A stretch of DNA of 64,000 nucleotides from an uncultured Acidobacteriaceae bacterium. Its GTDB lineage: Bacteria > Acidobacteriota > Terriglobia > Terriglobales > Acidobacteriaceae. The DNA is taken from assembly GCA_963723135.1 (NCBI GenBank), contig CAVRPN010000007.1, positions 1,229,373-1,293,372 on the forward strand. The letters run 5' to 3'. The notes under the pieces are model-generated. The model was not told where the DNA came from and did no database searches. It worked only from the letters and a program-made list of their open reading frames with translations. A program made the translations under genes and the position numbers. This document shows, piece by piece, positions 37,512-48,749 of this stretch (position 1 is its first letter; each line of letters opens with the position of its first letter).

Positions 37512-37615
37512 AGAGGTAACTCTAACCTAAGATTGTAATTCCCCACCGGGAGAAAGGCTTGGAAGGAATCCGCCCGGGCGGGGACTCGGCGCTCACTGCC
37601 CGCAACTCGGCGCTG

Positions 37616-38419
37616 CTAAGGCAAATACGGCTGCGCGTCCTTACTCTCCACAAACTTCTTCAGCCCCGCCTCCACCGCCGGCCGAGCGAATAATTCACAA
37701 AATAAGTCAATCTCGCGCTGCAGCTCTTCATGCGGAATCGGCTTGATGAACTTTTTTGCGGCAATCGCGGTCGCGCGGTCAAACTTCGCCAACTGTCTTG
37801 CCGCGACCCGGGCCGCGCGCAGAGCTTCGCCCTCTCCGACGACCTGGCTCACCAGCCCGATCTGCTGCGCTTTGCTCGCATTGAAGCTGCGCCCGGTCAA
37901 CAGCAAATCCCGGACTACCGCATTGCCCAAATCCCGTTTCAGGCGCGGTATCCCGCCGAACCCCGGAATCAATCCCAGCCTCAGCTCCGGAAAGCAAAAC
38001 CGCGCCATCTTGTCGGCAATAATCAAATCGCAAGCCAGAGCCAGCTCAAACCCACCCCCGAATGTGACTCCGTGCACGGCCGCAATCGTCGTCAGCGGAG
38101 CAGCATCAATCGCATTGAACACCCGGTGAATCCTCTCCAGAAAATCCCGCACTCCCTTGGCTGCGGCCGGCTTCTCCATCGCCTGCGAGCGTTCGTAAAG
38201 CTGCCGCAAATCCGCGCCCGCGCAAAACCCGGATTTGATTTCGCTGTAGATAATCAGCGCATGCGCTTCGCGCTGCAGCCCTTCCAGGGCCCTCGTGAAC
38301 TTCTCCAGATCCTCCAGCGAAATCGACCCAATTTCGTTGCAGGGCTCCCGATGCAGCGCCAACTCAATCACGCCGCCTTCCACCTGCCACGACATGGTTT
38401 GGTTGTGAGAGAGGCTCAT
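37616..38419 (-). CDS. Enoyl-CoA hydratase/isomerase (crotonase) family protein
   Basis: 267 aa. FCAGADL oxyanion-hole motif and GVTFGGGFELALACD. Its ATG overlaps the upstream stop (ATGA). Confidence 0.9.
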   Translation of the reverse strand: MSLSHNQTMSWQVEGGVIELALHREPCNEIGSISLEDLEKFTRALEGLQREAHALIIYSEIKSGFCAGADLRQLYERSQAMEKPAAAKGVRDFLERIHRVFNAIDAAPLTTIAAVHGVTFGGGFELALACDLIIADKMARFCFPELRLGLIPGFGGIPRLKRDLGNAVVRDLLLTGRSFNASKAQQIGLVSQVVGEGEALRAARVAARQLAKFDRATAIAAKKFIKPIPHEELQREIDLFCELFARPAVEAGLKKFVESKDAQPYLP

Positions 38420-40065
38420 GCCGTCTTCACCGACCGGTACATCTGGTCGATCTCATCCTTCATCCCGGCAGTGATCGTATCCCGCTTCAGCTTGCCGTTG
38501 ACCGTCAACATCCCATTCTCAATGGAAAACGCCTCCAGACGCACAACGAACATTCGCACCTGTTTGTAGTGCGGTAATTGCGGATTCACCGCGTCCAGCG
38601 CGGCCTGCGCCCGTTCCTGCGTCACATCCCCGGTCACGATCGCCGACAAATACCCGCGCCCATTTCCCACCACGACCACTTGCTGGGCCCCCGGCAGATT
38701 CTGCAGGATCGCATCCTCAATGGGCTCCGGGGCAATTTTGTGTCCCGAACCGAGGACAATCAAATTCTTGATCCGGCCCGCGATCCGCCAGTTCCCTGCC
38801 TCATTCACCTCGCCCTGGTCACCGGTGTGAAACCACCCGTCGCGCAGGGCCTCCGCCGTCTGCTGTGGCCGGTTCCAGTAGCCGGCAAATATGTTGGGAC
38901 CGCGCACCACAATCTCGTCACTTTCTCCCAGCTTCATCTCCATGCCGGGAATCGGCGGCCCGACCCGTCCAACCTCAACATGGTTGGGATCGTCCATGGT
39001 GCAGATCGCGGTGGTTTCGGTCAGCCCGTAGACTTGCAACACGCGAATCCCCAGCATCATGAACCAAAGCTGTGTTTCAGGGTTCAGCGAGGCCGAACCG
39101 CATATCAACCCCTTCAGATTATCGCCAATCATCTTTTTGCGAATCGTCGGAAATACCAGCGCCTTCGCCAGCCACAGCCACAGGCCATCGCCAGGCTTCG
39201 ACTGATTCTGCTGCCTGCGCGCCCAGGCACCTTTTGCCCGCGAGTAAACTGCCAGGGCTACCCCTCCGGTCTGCCAAAGTTGTTCATCCACCGCGCGCCG
39301 CATGCGCTCCAGCAACTGCGGCACGTTCAGAAAATAATCCGGGGCCACGGTCCGCATATCGCTCGCGATCCTGGTCAGGTCCATGTTGAGCGTGACCAGG
39401 CTCCGCCGCTTCAGAAACGTCAGCAGCGCAATCCACGATGCCGCAAACGTAAAGGGCAAATAATGGAAGACGCGATCCTGCCCGGCAGAAGCCGCCATCA
39501 ACTGACTCAAACGCTCCGCAGTCCGCTCCAGCATGAAGCCCACATTCGCCGCTGTCAAAACCACGCCCTTGGCCTCGCCCGAGGTCCCCGACGTGTAGAT
39601 GATGGTCACGGGTGAATCGATCCCCACCTGCACCCGGTCGAGCTGCACTCCCTCTACGCCGCGGAAAATCTCGTCAAACAAGAATTGCGGCGGGGCCTCC
39701 GTCCACCGTTGCGCGATCCCATCGCGCAGCGCCGCATCGCCGCAGCAAATGAGCGACGGCATGGAATCCTTCATCATCGCCACCAATTCTGCAGGAGCCT
39801 GCCGCGAGTAGAGCGGTACCACGATCAGCCCTTCGGCCATGATGGCCAAATCCATCGCCACCCAGCGAATGCTGTTGGCCGCCAGCAGCCCGCACCGCTC
39901 GCCCGGTTTCAGGCTCTTGGACGCGAGAAACGTGCGCGCCCGGCCAACCATCTCGAGCAACTCGCCGCCGGTCACACCCGTAACTGCGCCCTTGCGAATC
40001 TCGGCGAGAATCCGCGTGTCCGCAGCCGCTCTCAGTTGCGAGAAAATCTCGCCTACGAATGGCAT
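38416..40065 (-). CDS. AMP-dependent synthetase/ligase (long-chain acyl-CoA synthetase-like)
   Basis: IIYTSGTSGEAKGV, VYGLTET and GWFHTGDQGEVNEAGNWRIAGRIKNLIV. Confidence 0.85.
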   Translation of the reverse strand: MPFVGEIFSQLRAAADTRILAEIRKGAVTGVTGGELLEMVGRARTFLASKSLKPGERCGLLAANSIRWVAMDLAIMAEGLIVVPLYSRQAPAELVAMMKDSMPSLICCGDAALRDGIAQRWTEAPPQFLFDEIFRGVEGVQLDRVQVGIDSPVTIIYTSGTSGEAKGVVLTAANVGFMLERTAERLSQLMAASAGQDRVFHYLPFTFAASWIALLTFLKRRSLVTLNMDLTRIASDMRTVAPDYFLNVPQLLERMRRAVDEQLWQTGGVALAVYSRAKGAWARRQQNQSKPGDGLWLWLAKALVFPTIRKKMIGDNLKGLICGSASLNPETQLWFMMLGIRVLQVYGLTETTAICTMDDPNHVEVGRVGPPIPGMEMKLGESDEIVVRGPNIFAGYWNRPQQTAEALRDGWFHTGDQGEVNEAGNWRIAGRIKNLIVLGSGHKIAPEPIEDAILQNLPGAQQVVVVGNGRGYLSAIVTGDVTQERAQAALDAVNPQLPHYKQVRMFVVRLEAFSIENGMLTVNGKLKRDTITAGMKDEIDQMYRSVKTA

Positions 40066-40213
40066 GTTGGTCTTAGACGTCCGACTTCAAACGCCGGTGC
40101 TCTCTGGGAAACTCATCTCCGCATCCGCCGCTTCGGAGAGACTTCTGAAACTGTCCTCTCCGTGACCAGCCTGGCCTGAGCGAAGCCGAAGGGTGTTGGG
40201 TACCTTGACAGAC

Positions 40214-41619
<1,406 letters not shown>

Positions 41620-41623
<4 letters not shown>

Positions 41624-42753
41624 GCGGCTGATCCTCCCGCTGCCGCCGGCCAGCGCTGGTACTTGTATTCGAACTGATTCTCGCGGCTGAACTTCAGCAA
41701 GGGATAACAATATTCGGAAAACGCCACCGGCCTCTTGCCCAGCTCGGCCGTCACCCGGGTGTTGTCGAACACCGTATTCCACACCAGGTAGGGCATAAAC
41801 ACCTTCATCAGCGATGCGCCATATCCCACCGTCCCTTTGCGGCCGGAAAGAAAATTCACCGACCCGGCAAAGGGCCGCTCCACAAACGGAGCGAACACCG
41901 GAGCCCGCTTGCTCTGTGCCGCCGCCAGCCCCTTGGTGATCTCGCGAAACGTCTGCGATCCCACTCCCGACGAGAGGTGATAGGTGTCATACCGGGGATG
42001 GTCTTTCTGGTGCAAAGTCGAAATTGCATCGGCCACGAAATCCACATTCACGATGTCGATTTTGTCGGTCGACCGGAAGGGCAGCACCGGCAGCCCGGCA
42101 AGAAAAACAAAGGCTTTGACCATGTCGAACTGCGTGGTTTCCGCATAGCGGCTGTCCCCCAGCACAATGCTCGGCCGGAAGACCGTTTTCGGAGTCTCGG
42201 GCAGCAGCACCCGCATCATGTGCTCGCAGAATTTCTTGGTGCGCGCATAGGGATCGTAGTCCGAGCGCTCCCAGTCGATCGCCCGGTCCTCGGTCACAAC
42301 CTCGTTGTGGCGTTTGCCCGCGACCGCCACCGTGCTCACCTGGCTGAAGCGCCGCAGCCCGTGATAGTGCTCGGCATGCCGCGCCAGGGTCAGCACTTCC
42401 AGCGTCCCGCGCAGATTCACATTCAGGCAGCTCTTTTCCGACTTCCGGTTCAGCGACGCGGCGCAGTGGATCACCGAATCGGTGGTGTGCACCAGCCGGT
42501 CGTACTCGTCGCGCCCCAGCCCCAGCCCGGGCTGCGTCAGATCGCCACGGAAGACCCGCACCCGGGTCTGCAGATGCTCATAGAACTGGGGAAAATCCAG
42601 ATGCAGCTGCAGTGCCTGCCACAGCCGCTCTTCGGCCTCACGCGTGTCTCGCGCCCGTACCAGCACATTCAGCGCGGCGCCGTGATCGCGCAAAAGATTG
42701 GCCGCTACGTGTGCCCCAATGTAGCCCGTCGATCCCGTCAGAAAAATCGCCAT
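41620..42753 (-). CDS. SDR-type thioester/fatty-acyl reductase-like protein (NAD_binding_4)
   Basis: ATG 42753 gives [21 protein letters not shown] (Rossmann GxxGxxG). The catalytic YxxxK is in YARTKKFCE. Confidence 0.75.
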
Positions 42754-42867
42754 GCGCCGGTACCGCTCTTCCTGCCTGAAATCAGCATTACGACCTGGGT
42801 GGCACAGCCCTTCCGCGCTGCGAAAAACCCTCGCAATCAATTTCGGTCTTCCGCCCCTGAAGCAAAC

Positions 42868-45303
42868 TCACCACGTCCCCCCGTTCGTCCCCGTCCTCAC
42901 CGTCTCCCCGTTTCCCGCCAGATGCAGACTCCGCGGCGCCCGCGCCTCCAGCGGCCGGCCCTCAATCAGCGGATACGTCCAGCGCCGCAGCGCCGGAATG
43001 TGCACGTTGATCCAGTAGTCCCACCAGTCCAGCCACTGCGTCTTGTAGGCAAAATCTTCCCGCTCCTCTTCCACCAGCGCGTGCGACAGCTTCTCCACGT
43101 TGTCGGCCGCGAAATCGTGCTCATTCAGCAAAATGAAGGGCTCAAACAGCTCGATCAGCTTCTCCACCCGTTCCAGATTCCTCTCCGCCTTCACCAGCGG
43201 CGTCTTCTTCAGGGGCAGCGGCGACATGATCCGCTGAATCGACTTCACAATCGCCTTCTGCGCCGGCGCCGACATCCTCTGATACCGCGTCTTCGATACC
43301 GGAATGGCATCCAAGCGCAGCCGCAGCCACGACTCCAGCCCCTCCTGCGCCCGGTAGTGCCGGCGGTGGGCCAGCGACGTCAACTCAATCGACCGCCCCA
43401 TATCGCACGGATTGGTCACGGAGGTCGCCAGCTGGTACAGCGGTTCATGCCGCCGCTCCACAATCGCCCCCGCAATCAGCGTCATCCCGGCGCACACCGC
43501 ATCCACCGGAATAATATCCAGCCGCTTCCGCTCGTTCGATGGCAACTGCCGGAAATAGGTCCCCAGCAAGTACGACAGCGACGCCGAAGTATTGATGCCC
43601 TCATTCCAGCCCACAAACGGCTTGGCCACCGAGGTCTCTACAATCGCCGGCCGCACTACCGCAATCGGCAGCCCCGTACCGTGCTTCGCGATCAGCGACT
43701 CCGCCAGACTCTTGGTCAGCGTGTAGGTATTCGGCCAGCCCAGCTCTTTGGCCCGCCGGGTTCCAGCTTCCGTGAGATACGTCTTCAGCCAGCGCACCCG
43801 GTTCTTGCGAATCTGATTCTCCAGCGCCGCTCCCTGCAGACCCTTGGCCGCGTGCTCCCGGGCCAGCGCCTGCATCTTCAATCCGGCGCTCACCTCCGCG
43901 CTCTCCGCCTGCGCCTCCGCCTGCCGGATCAGTGCATGCAGCGCCTGCCACTCCCCTTCCGCGTCAAAATCCGGCAAGCCGCGCGGGTTGTAGTTCGCGC
44001 TCAGCTTCTCGACCACCCGGCCGTCACTTTCGCCCGCCACATAGCAGGTCGAAAGATGCAGCAGCCCGGCATGCTCGGTTCCCCGCACAAACTCCAGGAC
44101 GTTCACCGCCGCGTCCGTGTTGGTCGCCAGCGCATCCCGCAGGTCAGGATTAAAATCAGTTAACCCCGAGCTGTTCACCACCAGGTCCAAATCCCGTTGC
44201 AAACGCCGTGCCAAGTCCGCCCCCAGCCCCAGCCCTGCGTGCGTCACATCGCCTTCCACTACTTCCACCTTCGCCCGCAGAAAATCCGCCAGCCCCGCTC
44301 CATACTTTTCAAACAGCGGATCAAACACCGGCGACTCTTCCACCATCTTTTCCAGCCGCCGCTCGGCCGGATTCGACTTCTGCCGCCGGATCAGCAAGTA
44401 AATCCGCCCGATCTTCGGCAAGTCCATCAATAGATTCGCCAGCCACACCTTGCCGATAAATCCGGTTACGCCGATCAGCATGACATGCCGCCCCGCCAGC
44501 GCCCCCCGCACCGAGAATTCCGGCGCCTGTCTCGGCCCGCCGAAGCGCACCACGGGACGCTCCCCCACCGTGGCCGCAGCTCGTTCCGCCGGAACCGCCG
44601 CCGTCCGCAACTGTTCCCCCGAGATATCCAATAGCCGCGCCAACGTCTTCGGCGCCCGTCGCCCATCCGGCTGCGCGTCGCGAATTCTTGCGAACGCACC
44701 CCGCGGCCGAATCACCGGATCCAGCAGCCTTCCCGTCGCCGTGCCATCGCGAAACTCCAGCCGGTTGGCCACCACCCGCCGCGCCCCCAGATGTCGTGCC
44801 AGCGGCTTCATCACATGGTCCAGGCCCTGGCTCACCAGCGCCACGTCTGCGCCGGCGCGGACCAGTTCCTGCACCTTCTCGACGCCTCGCGCCTTCAATC
44901 GCGGCTTCAGTTTGTATTGGAAATATTCCTCTCCCAGCAGATCCAGCCGGTCGCGCGTCACCCCGCGCAGCGCGGTATGCACCACTCGCGTGGCAAACTT
45001 GCGGTTGGTCGAGTACAGGAATGGCCGTAGCACCGCCATGAGGAAGATCAATCCGCGCCGCCGGAAGCGCTCGGTGAAGGTCTGCGCGTTCCAGGTGAAG
45101 AACGCCACCGGTTCGACCACGGTCAGGTCGAGCAGACTGCCCTCCACCCGCCAGTACACGCTGGGGGACGCGCCGCTGGAATTGTGGTTTCCCTGTTCCA
45201 AGATGTGTTCGCCCGGCTGGAACCACCCGGTTACCGGGCGGGCGAATCTCCTATTGTAAACAATGCTTGCAAGTCCATGCGAAGAAAGGAGCAAACCCGG
45301 CAA
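42868..45303 (-). CDS. Fusion protein: degenerate HAD-IB-like domain + fatty acyl-CoA reductase (NAD_binding_4 + FAR C-terminal domain)
   Basis: The central part has MLIGVTGFIGKVWLANLL (Rossmann), YxxxK in NTYTLTKSLAE, and a long FAR-type C-terminal domain. The N-terminal ~230 aa resemble HAD-IB (…VALVSQGLDHVMKPLARHLGARRVVANRLEFRDGTATGRL). The exact start is uncertain. Confidence 0.7.
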   Translation of the reverse strand: MPGLLLSSHGLASIVYNRRFARPVTGWFQPGEHILEQGNHNSSGASPSVYWRVEGSLLDLTVVEPVAFFTWNAQTFTERFRRRGLIFLMAVLRPFLYSTNRKFATRVVHTALRGVTRDRLDLLGEEYFQYKLKPRLKARGVEKVQELVRAGADVALVSQGLDHVMKPLARHLGARRVVANRLEFRDGTATGRLLDPVIRPRGAFARIRDAQPDGRRAPKTLARLLDISGEQLRTAAVPAERAAATVGERPVVRFGGPRQAPEFSVRGALAGRHVMLIGVTGFIGKVWLANLLMDLPKIGRIYLLIRRQKSNPAERRLEKMVEESPVFDPLFEKYGAGLADFLRAKVEVVEGDVTHAGLGLGADLARRLQRDLDLVVNSSGLTDFNPDLRDALATNTDAAVNVLEFVRGTEHAGLLHLSTCYVAGESDGRVVEKLSANYNPRGLPDFDAEGEWQALHALIRQAEAQAESAEVSAGLKMQALAREHAAKGLQGAALENQIRKNRVRWLKTYLTEAGTRRAKELGWPNTYTLTKSLAESLIAKHGTGLPIAVVRPAIVETSVAKPFVGWNEGINTSASLSYLLGTYFRQLPSNERKRLDIIPVDAVCAGMTLIAGAIVERRHEPLYQLATSVTNPCDMGRSIELTSLAHRRHYRAQEGLESWLRLRLDAIPVSKTRYQRMSAPAQKAIVKSIQRIMSPLPLKKTPLVKAERNLERVEKLIELFEPFILLNEHDFAADNVEKLSHALVEEEREDFAYKTQWLDWWDYWINVHIPALRRWTYPLIEGRPLEARAPRSLHLAGNGETVRTGTNGGTW

Positions 45304-45353
45304 CCCACCAGGAAAGACACCGTTGGGTTGGGGCTCGCCGCCGGACTGTCAGG

Positions 45354-45500
45354 TCAGCCTGGGCGGGGCCCGATTTCAGGCGAAGTGAACGATCCAGCAT
45401 GCTCGTCCCGCTCCACAAACTCCCATCCCAGCCGCTTCGCCAGAAGGCGCCCAACCGTCGTTTTTCCTGACCCGGCCACTCCCATCACGATGACGACCAT
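45354..45500 (-). pseudogene. Truncated P-loop kinase remnant (gluconokinase/shikimate-kinase-like N-terminus, 48 codons)
   Basis: The reverse-strand ORF (too short for the track) reads [49 protein letters not shown] Walker A motif and the typical LGWEF segment are present, but the ORF stops where the substrate-binding part should begin. Confidence 0.5.
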
Positions 45501-45516
45501 GATTCACGACAATCCC

Positions 45517-46542
45517 CTATTTCTTTCCATACGTCTTACTGAATTCATTCCTGGCATTCACCACGGAAAACGATCCATCCGCCGACGCCGTCACCTTGAT
45601 GTAGTTTCCCGCGCACTCCTCCTCCACATTTGCAATCCGCTCCTCCGCGACGTTGTGCTCCTTGCCGCCTTCCATCGCGTAGTGTAGCTGCCACAAATCC
45701 TCCAGCCCCGGTGAGCCGTGCACGATCTGCCAGGCCGCCGGACTGCCTCCCTTGCGCGCGCCATTGTTCATGATCGCCACGCGCGGATGCAGCGCCCACA
45801 CCATAGCCTTCGCATTCGACTCATCCAGCCCGTGATGCGTGGTCAGATATAAGTCCACTGTCCCGATCAAGTTGTTTGGGCAAGCCAGCTCCAGCTCCTT
45901 TTTCTTCGTGAGATCCCCCAGATCGAGGAAGCGGAACCTCCCATACGTGATCAAGACGCCCAGCGAGCGTGCATTCTCGCTCGCATCCGCAGGCGCCTCC
46001 GGTTCCGCCGCGCAATAGGGATTCGCTTCACCCGCCCCCGGCAGCGGGTCCGCAATCAACTCTCCCGCTGCAGTCAGCGCCTGCACCGTGATCCCCCGCA
46101 TCGGCAATCCCTCGTCCGGTTTCAGGACGAGGCGCGCATGCCCTGCAATCGCCTTCTGGTAAGCCGCGTAGTCTTCGCGCGTGACGTCGGAATCTTCCAT
46201 ATTCGGCCCGTGATCCGCGAATGTTCCGATCTTGATCCGCGCCGCCAGTTGCGGCACTCCGCCCACGTGATCGCGGTGGTAGTGGGTAATCAGTACAAAA
46301 TCGAGCCGTTTCACCCGCGCATCGTGAGCCGCGGCCGCGATGCGGCCGGCATCGCGTCCATCAAACCCCGGCCATCCGGTATCGATCAGCAGCGACTGGC
46401 CGGACGGGCTCACCACCAGCGTCGCCTGCCCGCCCTCTACATCAATGAAATAAATCTGCAGCGGCTTCCCCGCCCGCCCCGCCGCCGTGCAAAGGCCCAT
46501 TGCCATCCACAAGAAGACTCCCACACCCAGCAATCGACGCAT
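45517..46542 (-). CDS. Secreted MBL-fold metallo-hydrolase
   Basis: ATG 46542 (GAGGAG upstream) gives the signal peptide MRRLLGVGVFLWMAMGLCTAAG. The HxHxDH motif is in LITHYHRDHVGG. Confidence 0.8.
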   Translation of the reverse strand: MRRLLGVGVFLWMAMGLCTAAGRAGKPLQIYFIDVEGGQATLVVSPSGQSLLIDTGWPGFDGRDAGRIAAAAHDARVKRLDFVLITHYHRDHVGGVPQLAARIKIGTFADHGPNMEDSDVTREDYAAYQKAIAGHARLVLKPDEGLPMRGITVQALTAAGELIADPLPGAGEANPYCAAEPEAPADASENARSLGVLITYGRFRFLDLGDLTKKKELELACPNNLIGTVDLYLTTHHGLDESNAKAMVWALHPRVAIMNNGARKGGSPAAWQIVHGSPGLEDLWQLHYAMEGGKEHNVAEERIANVEEECAGNYIKVTASADGSFSVVNARNEFSKTYGKK

Positions 46543-46636
46543 GTTCGGACTCCTCGCTGCACCCGATGATAATGCCTGTGCCCTCAGACCGTGGCACGTA
46601 GGATAAGATAATGGCTCTATTTCCCCGAGGCCAATC

Positions 46637-47353
46637 ATGCGGAGCATCCCGCTCGTCGCCTTACTTCTTGTCTGCTGCACCGCCAGCGCCCAACTTGACG
46701 ACGTTCTCAAGAAAGCCGGAGACGCTCTCAATCAGCGCGACACTTCCGGCCTCAGCAATGACAAAATTGTCTCCGGCCTCAAGCAAGCCCTCCAGGTCAG
46801 CACCGGCAAGGCCGTCGCTCTCACCGGCCGGCCCGACGGATTCCTCAAGAACGAGGCCATCAAGATTCTCGTGCCGCCGAAACTTGAAACCCTGGCCAGG
46901 GGAATGCGCATGCTGGGAATGGGCGCGCAAGTCGACGAACTGGAAGTTGGCATGAACCGCGCCGCCGAGCAGGCCACCCCTCAGGCTAAACTCATTTTTC
47001 TGTCTGCGCTAAAAAAGATGACCTTTGACGACGCCCGCCGCGTCCTCACCGGCGGCGATACTGCTGCCACCGAGTATTTCAAACGCACCAGCTCTGCCGA
47101 CCTCACCACCGCATTTTCTCCCATCGTGCATCGCTCCATGCTGCAGGTTGGAGTCGTTCAACAGTACGATCGCGTCCTCAAGAGTGCGCCCGGCGGCTCC
47201 GCACTCGCCGGCGAGTTCGACCTCGACAAATACGTCGTGGGCAAGACTCTCGATGGCCTTTTCTACACGCTGGGACAGGAAGAAAAGAAGATTCGCCAGA
47301 ACCCGGCCGCGCAGACTACAGCTTTACTGAAGGAAGTCTTTGGCAGGAAATAG
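46637..47353 (+). CDS. DUF4197-like secreted protein
   Basis: 238 aa with a signal peptide. LSNDKIVSGLKQALQVSTGKAV...FLKNEAIKILVPPKL resembles the DUF4197 family. Confidence 0.65.
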   Translation: MRSIPLVALLLVCCTASAQLDDVLKKAGDALNQRDTSGLSNDKIVSGLKQALQVSTGKAVALTGRPDGFLKNEAIKILVPPKLETLARGMRMLGMGAQVDELEVGMNRAAEQATPQAKLIFLSALKKMTFDDARRVLTGGDTAATEYFKRTSSADLTTAFSPIVHRSMLQVGVVQQYDRVLKSAPGGSALAGEFDLDKYVVGKTLDGLFYTLGQEEKKIRQNPAAQTTALLKEVFGRK

Positions 47354-47366
47354 CCGGACAACAGCA

Positions 47367-47399
47367 AAGGGCGCGGCTGTTGAGTCCGCGCCCTTTTCC
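47367..47399. terminator. Bidirectional hairpin terminator between convergent genes
   Basis: AAGGGCGCGG (47367-76), a 9-nt loop, CCGCGCCCTT (47386-95), followed by TTCC. Confidence 0.6.
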
Positions 47400-47425
47400 T
47401 CGCTGCAGTGTGATTCTGCCGACAC

Positions 47426-48445
47426 CTACTTCGCGTTGATCACTCCGAAATAGCCATCGGTGTCGCTCGGCCCGGCGGTGAAGAACAATTGGTTCTTCTG
47501 TCCGTTCGAACTCGACCCGCCCCCGAACTCGATTCCCCACAGCCCGTTGATGGTGATGTTCTTGCCCATCGCGTTCTGGATGGGCCCAATCAGTTTCCCC
47601 GTCGTCAGGTTGTAGCCGTTGATGGTCCCTTTGCTCGTGTTGTTCGAGATCAGCAACGCGCTGCTCAGCGTCCCGAAGTTCGCTGGAGCCAGCGCGAATC
47701 CCCAGGGCTGGTTCAGGGGCGCACCATGGGTAAAGTGCTTCGATAGAACCCCCGCTTCGGTAAAGATGTCGATGTACCCGCCCGCGCCGCCGGATGTGCT
47801 GGCGAACGAAACATACACCTTGCCTGCGATGTCCTGAATTCCAAAAGGCGCAAAGCCCGCTGGAATGCTTGGGTCGGTGAACGACTTCACCAGGTTGAAG
47901 CTCCCGTCGTAAACATCCACCTTGTTATTGGCGGAATCCGCGGCGAACAGGAAATTCCCCGAGGGCTTGCTGGTGATGGCCAGGCCGGTATACACCGCTC
48001 CCGGGCTTTTCACGGCGATCAGCGCCGCCGTCGGGCTGAATGACGACCACCCGCTGATAGTTCCATCCAGGGTAGCGAACAAAAATGCCGAAACCCAGGT
48101 ATCAATCTTGAACTCCTGCGAACCGTTGTAGACAATTCCTGTCGGCGAACCCGCTCCCTTGCCGCTGGCGGAAGGAATGACCACCTGCAAGCTCTGTGGA
48201 TTTCCTTTGCCATCGTAAAGCGTCGACCAGCCGTCCGCTTCATCACTCACCCAGAACGGCGCATTCGGACTATATGCCACTCCCCACGCATTCTTGAGCA
48301 GCGGATCTGTATGTTTCGCCTTGCCGGTCAGATCAGAAGTAAGGTTCGTCATTTGATATTGTGCCAGGGCCGTGCTGGAAACAAATCCCACCAGCAGGGC
48401 CAGGAAAGCAGTCAGAGCGAGAGTGCGACCAAGCAAACGCTGCAT
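47426..48445 (-). CDS. Secreted beta-propeller-like protein (resembles TIGR03118 family)
   Basis: 339 aa with a signal peptide. MTNLTSDLTGKAKHTDPLLKNAWGVAYSPNAPFWVSDEADGWSTLYDG is as in TIGR03118-type proteins. The family call is from memory. Confidence 0.55.
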   Translation of the reverse strand: MQRLLGRTLALTAFLALLVGFVSSTALAQYQMTNLTSDLTGKAKHTDPLLKNAWGVAYSPNAPFWVSDEADGWSTLYDGKGNPQSLQVVIPSASGKGAGSPTGIVYNGSQEFKIDTWVSAFLFATLDGTISGWSSFSPTAALIAVKSPGAVYTGLAITSKPSGNFLFAADSANNKVDVYDGSFNLVKSFTDPSIPAGFAPFGIQDIAGKVYVSFASTSGGAGGYIDIFTEAGVLSKHFTHGAPLNQPWGFALAPANFGTLSSALLISNNTSKGTINGYNLTTGKLIGPIQNAMGKNITINGLWGIEFGGGSSSNGQKNQLFFTAGPSDTDGYFGVINAK

Positions 48446-48579
48446 GCAGTTTCTCCTTGTGTAATCGATTTGGTGTCGAAGTACGAAGGCGGGCTGGAAC
48501 CCGGTTTATCGCACAGGCTCGGATTGAGCACTTTCCGGCCTGCGGAGCGACTACATCCTAGGGGCATGCCGTTTGCGGC

Positions 48580-48607
48580 TTGTCAAAAGCTTGTCACCAG
48601 TTTGTCA
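48580..48607 (+). promoter_or_regulatory. Three TTGTCA direct repeats phased at exactly 11 bp (Pho-box/OmpR-family-like site)
   Basis: TTGTCAaaagcTTGTCAccagtTTGTCA, with hexamers at 48580, 48591 and 48602. It lies 135-165 bp upstream of the minus-strand gene that starts at 48445. Confidence 0.35.
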
Positions 48608-48749
48608 TTTCTCGAGCATTGCAGGTTCTTGCATCTTTCCTGCGCGCCAGGCGCATCATGCGCGCTAGCACTGCGGGTCGCTCGCTCGGCGGAGGCGTCC
48701 TTAGGGACAAGTGGTGCCGGTGCGTGATCCTCAACCCGGATCTCAGGTT

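Noticed and set aside
45184-45687. 167-aa plus-strand ORF spanning the FAR start, the kinase stump and the MBL 3' end
   Set aside because: It crosses three better-supported minus-strand features and has no motifs.
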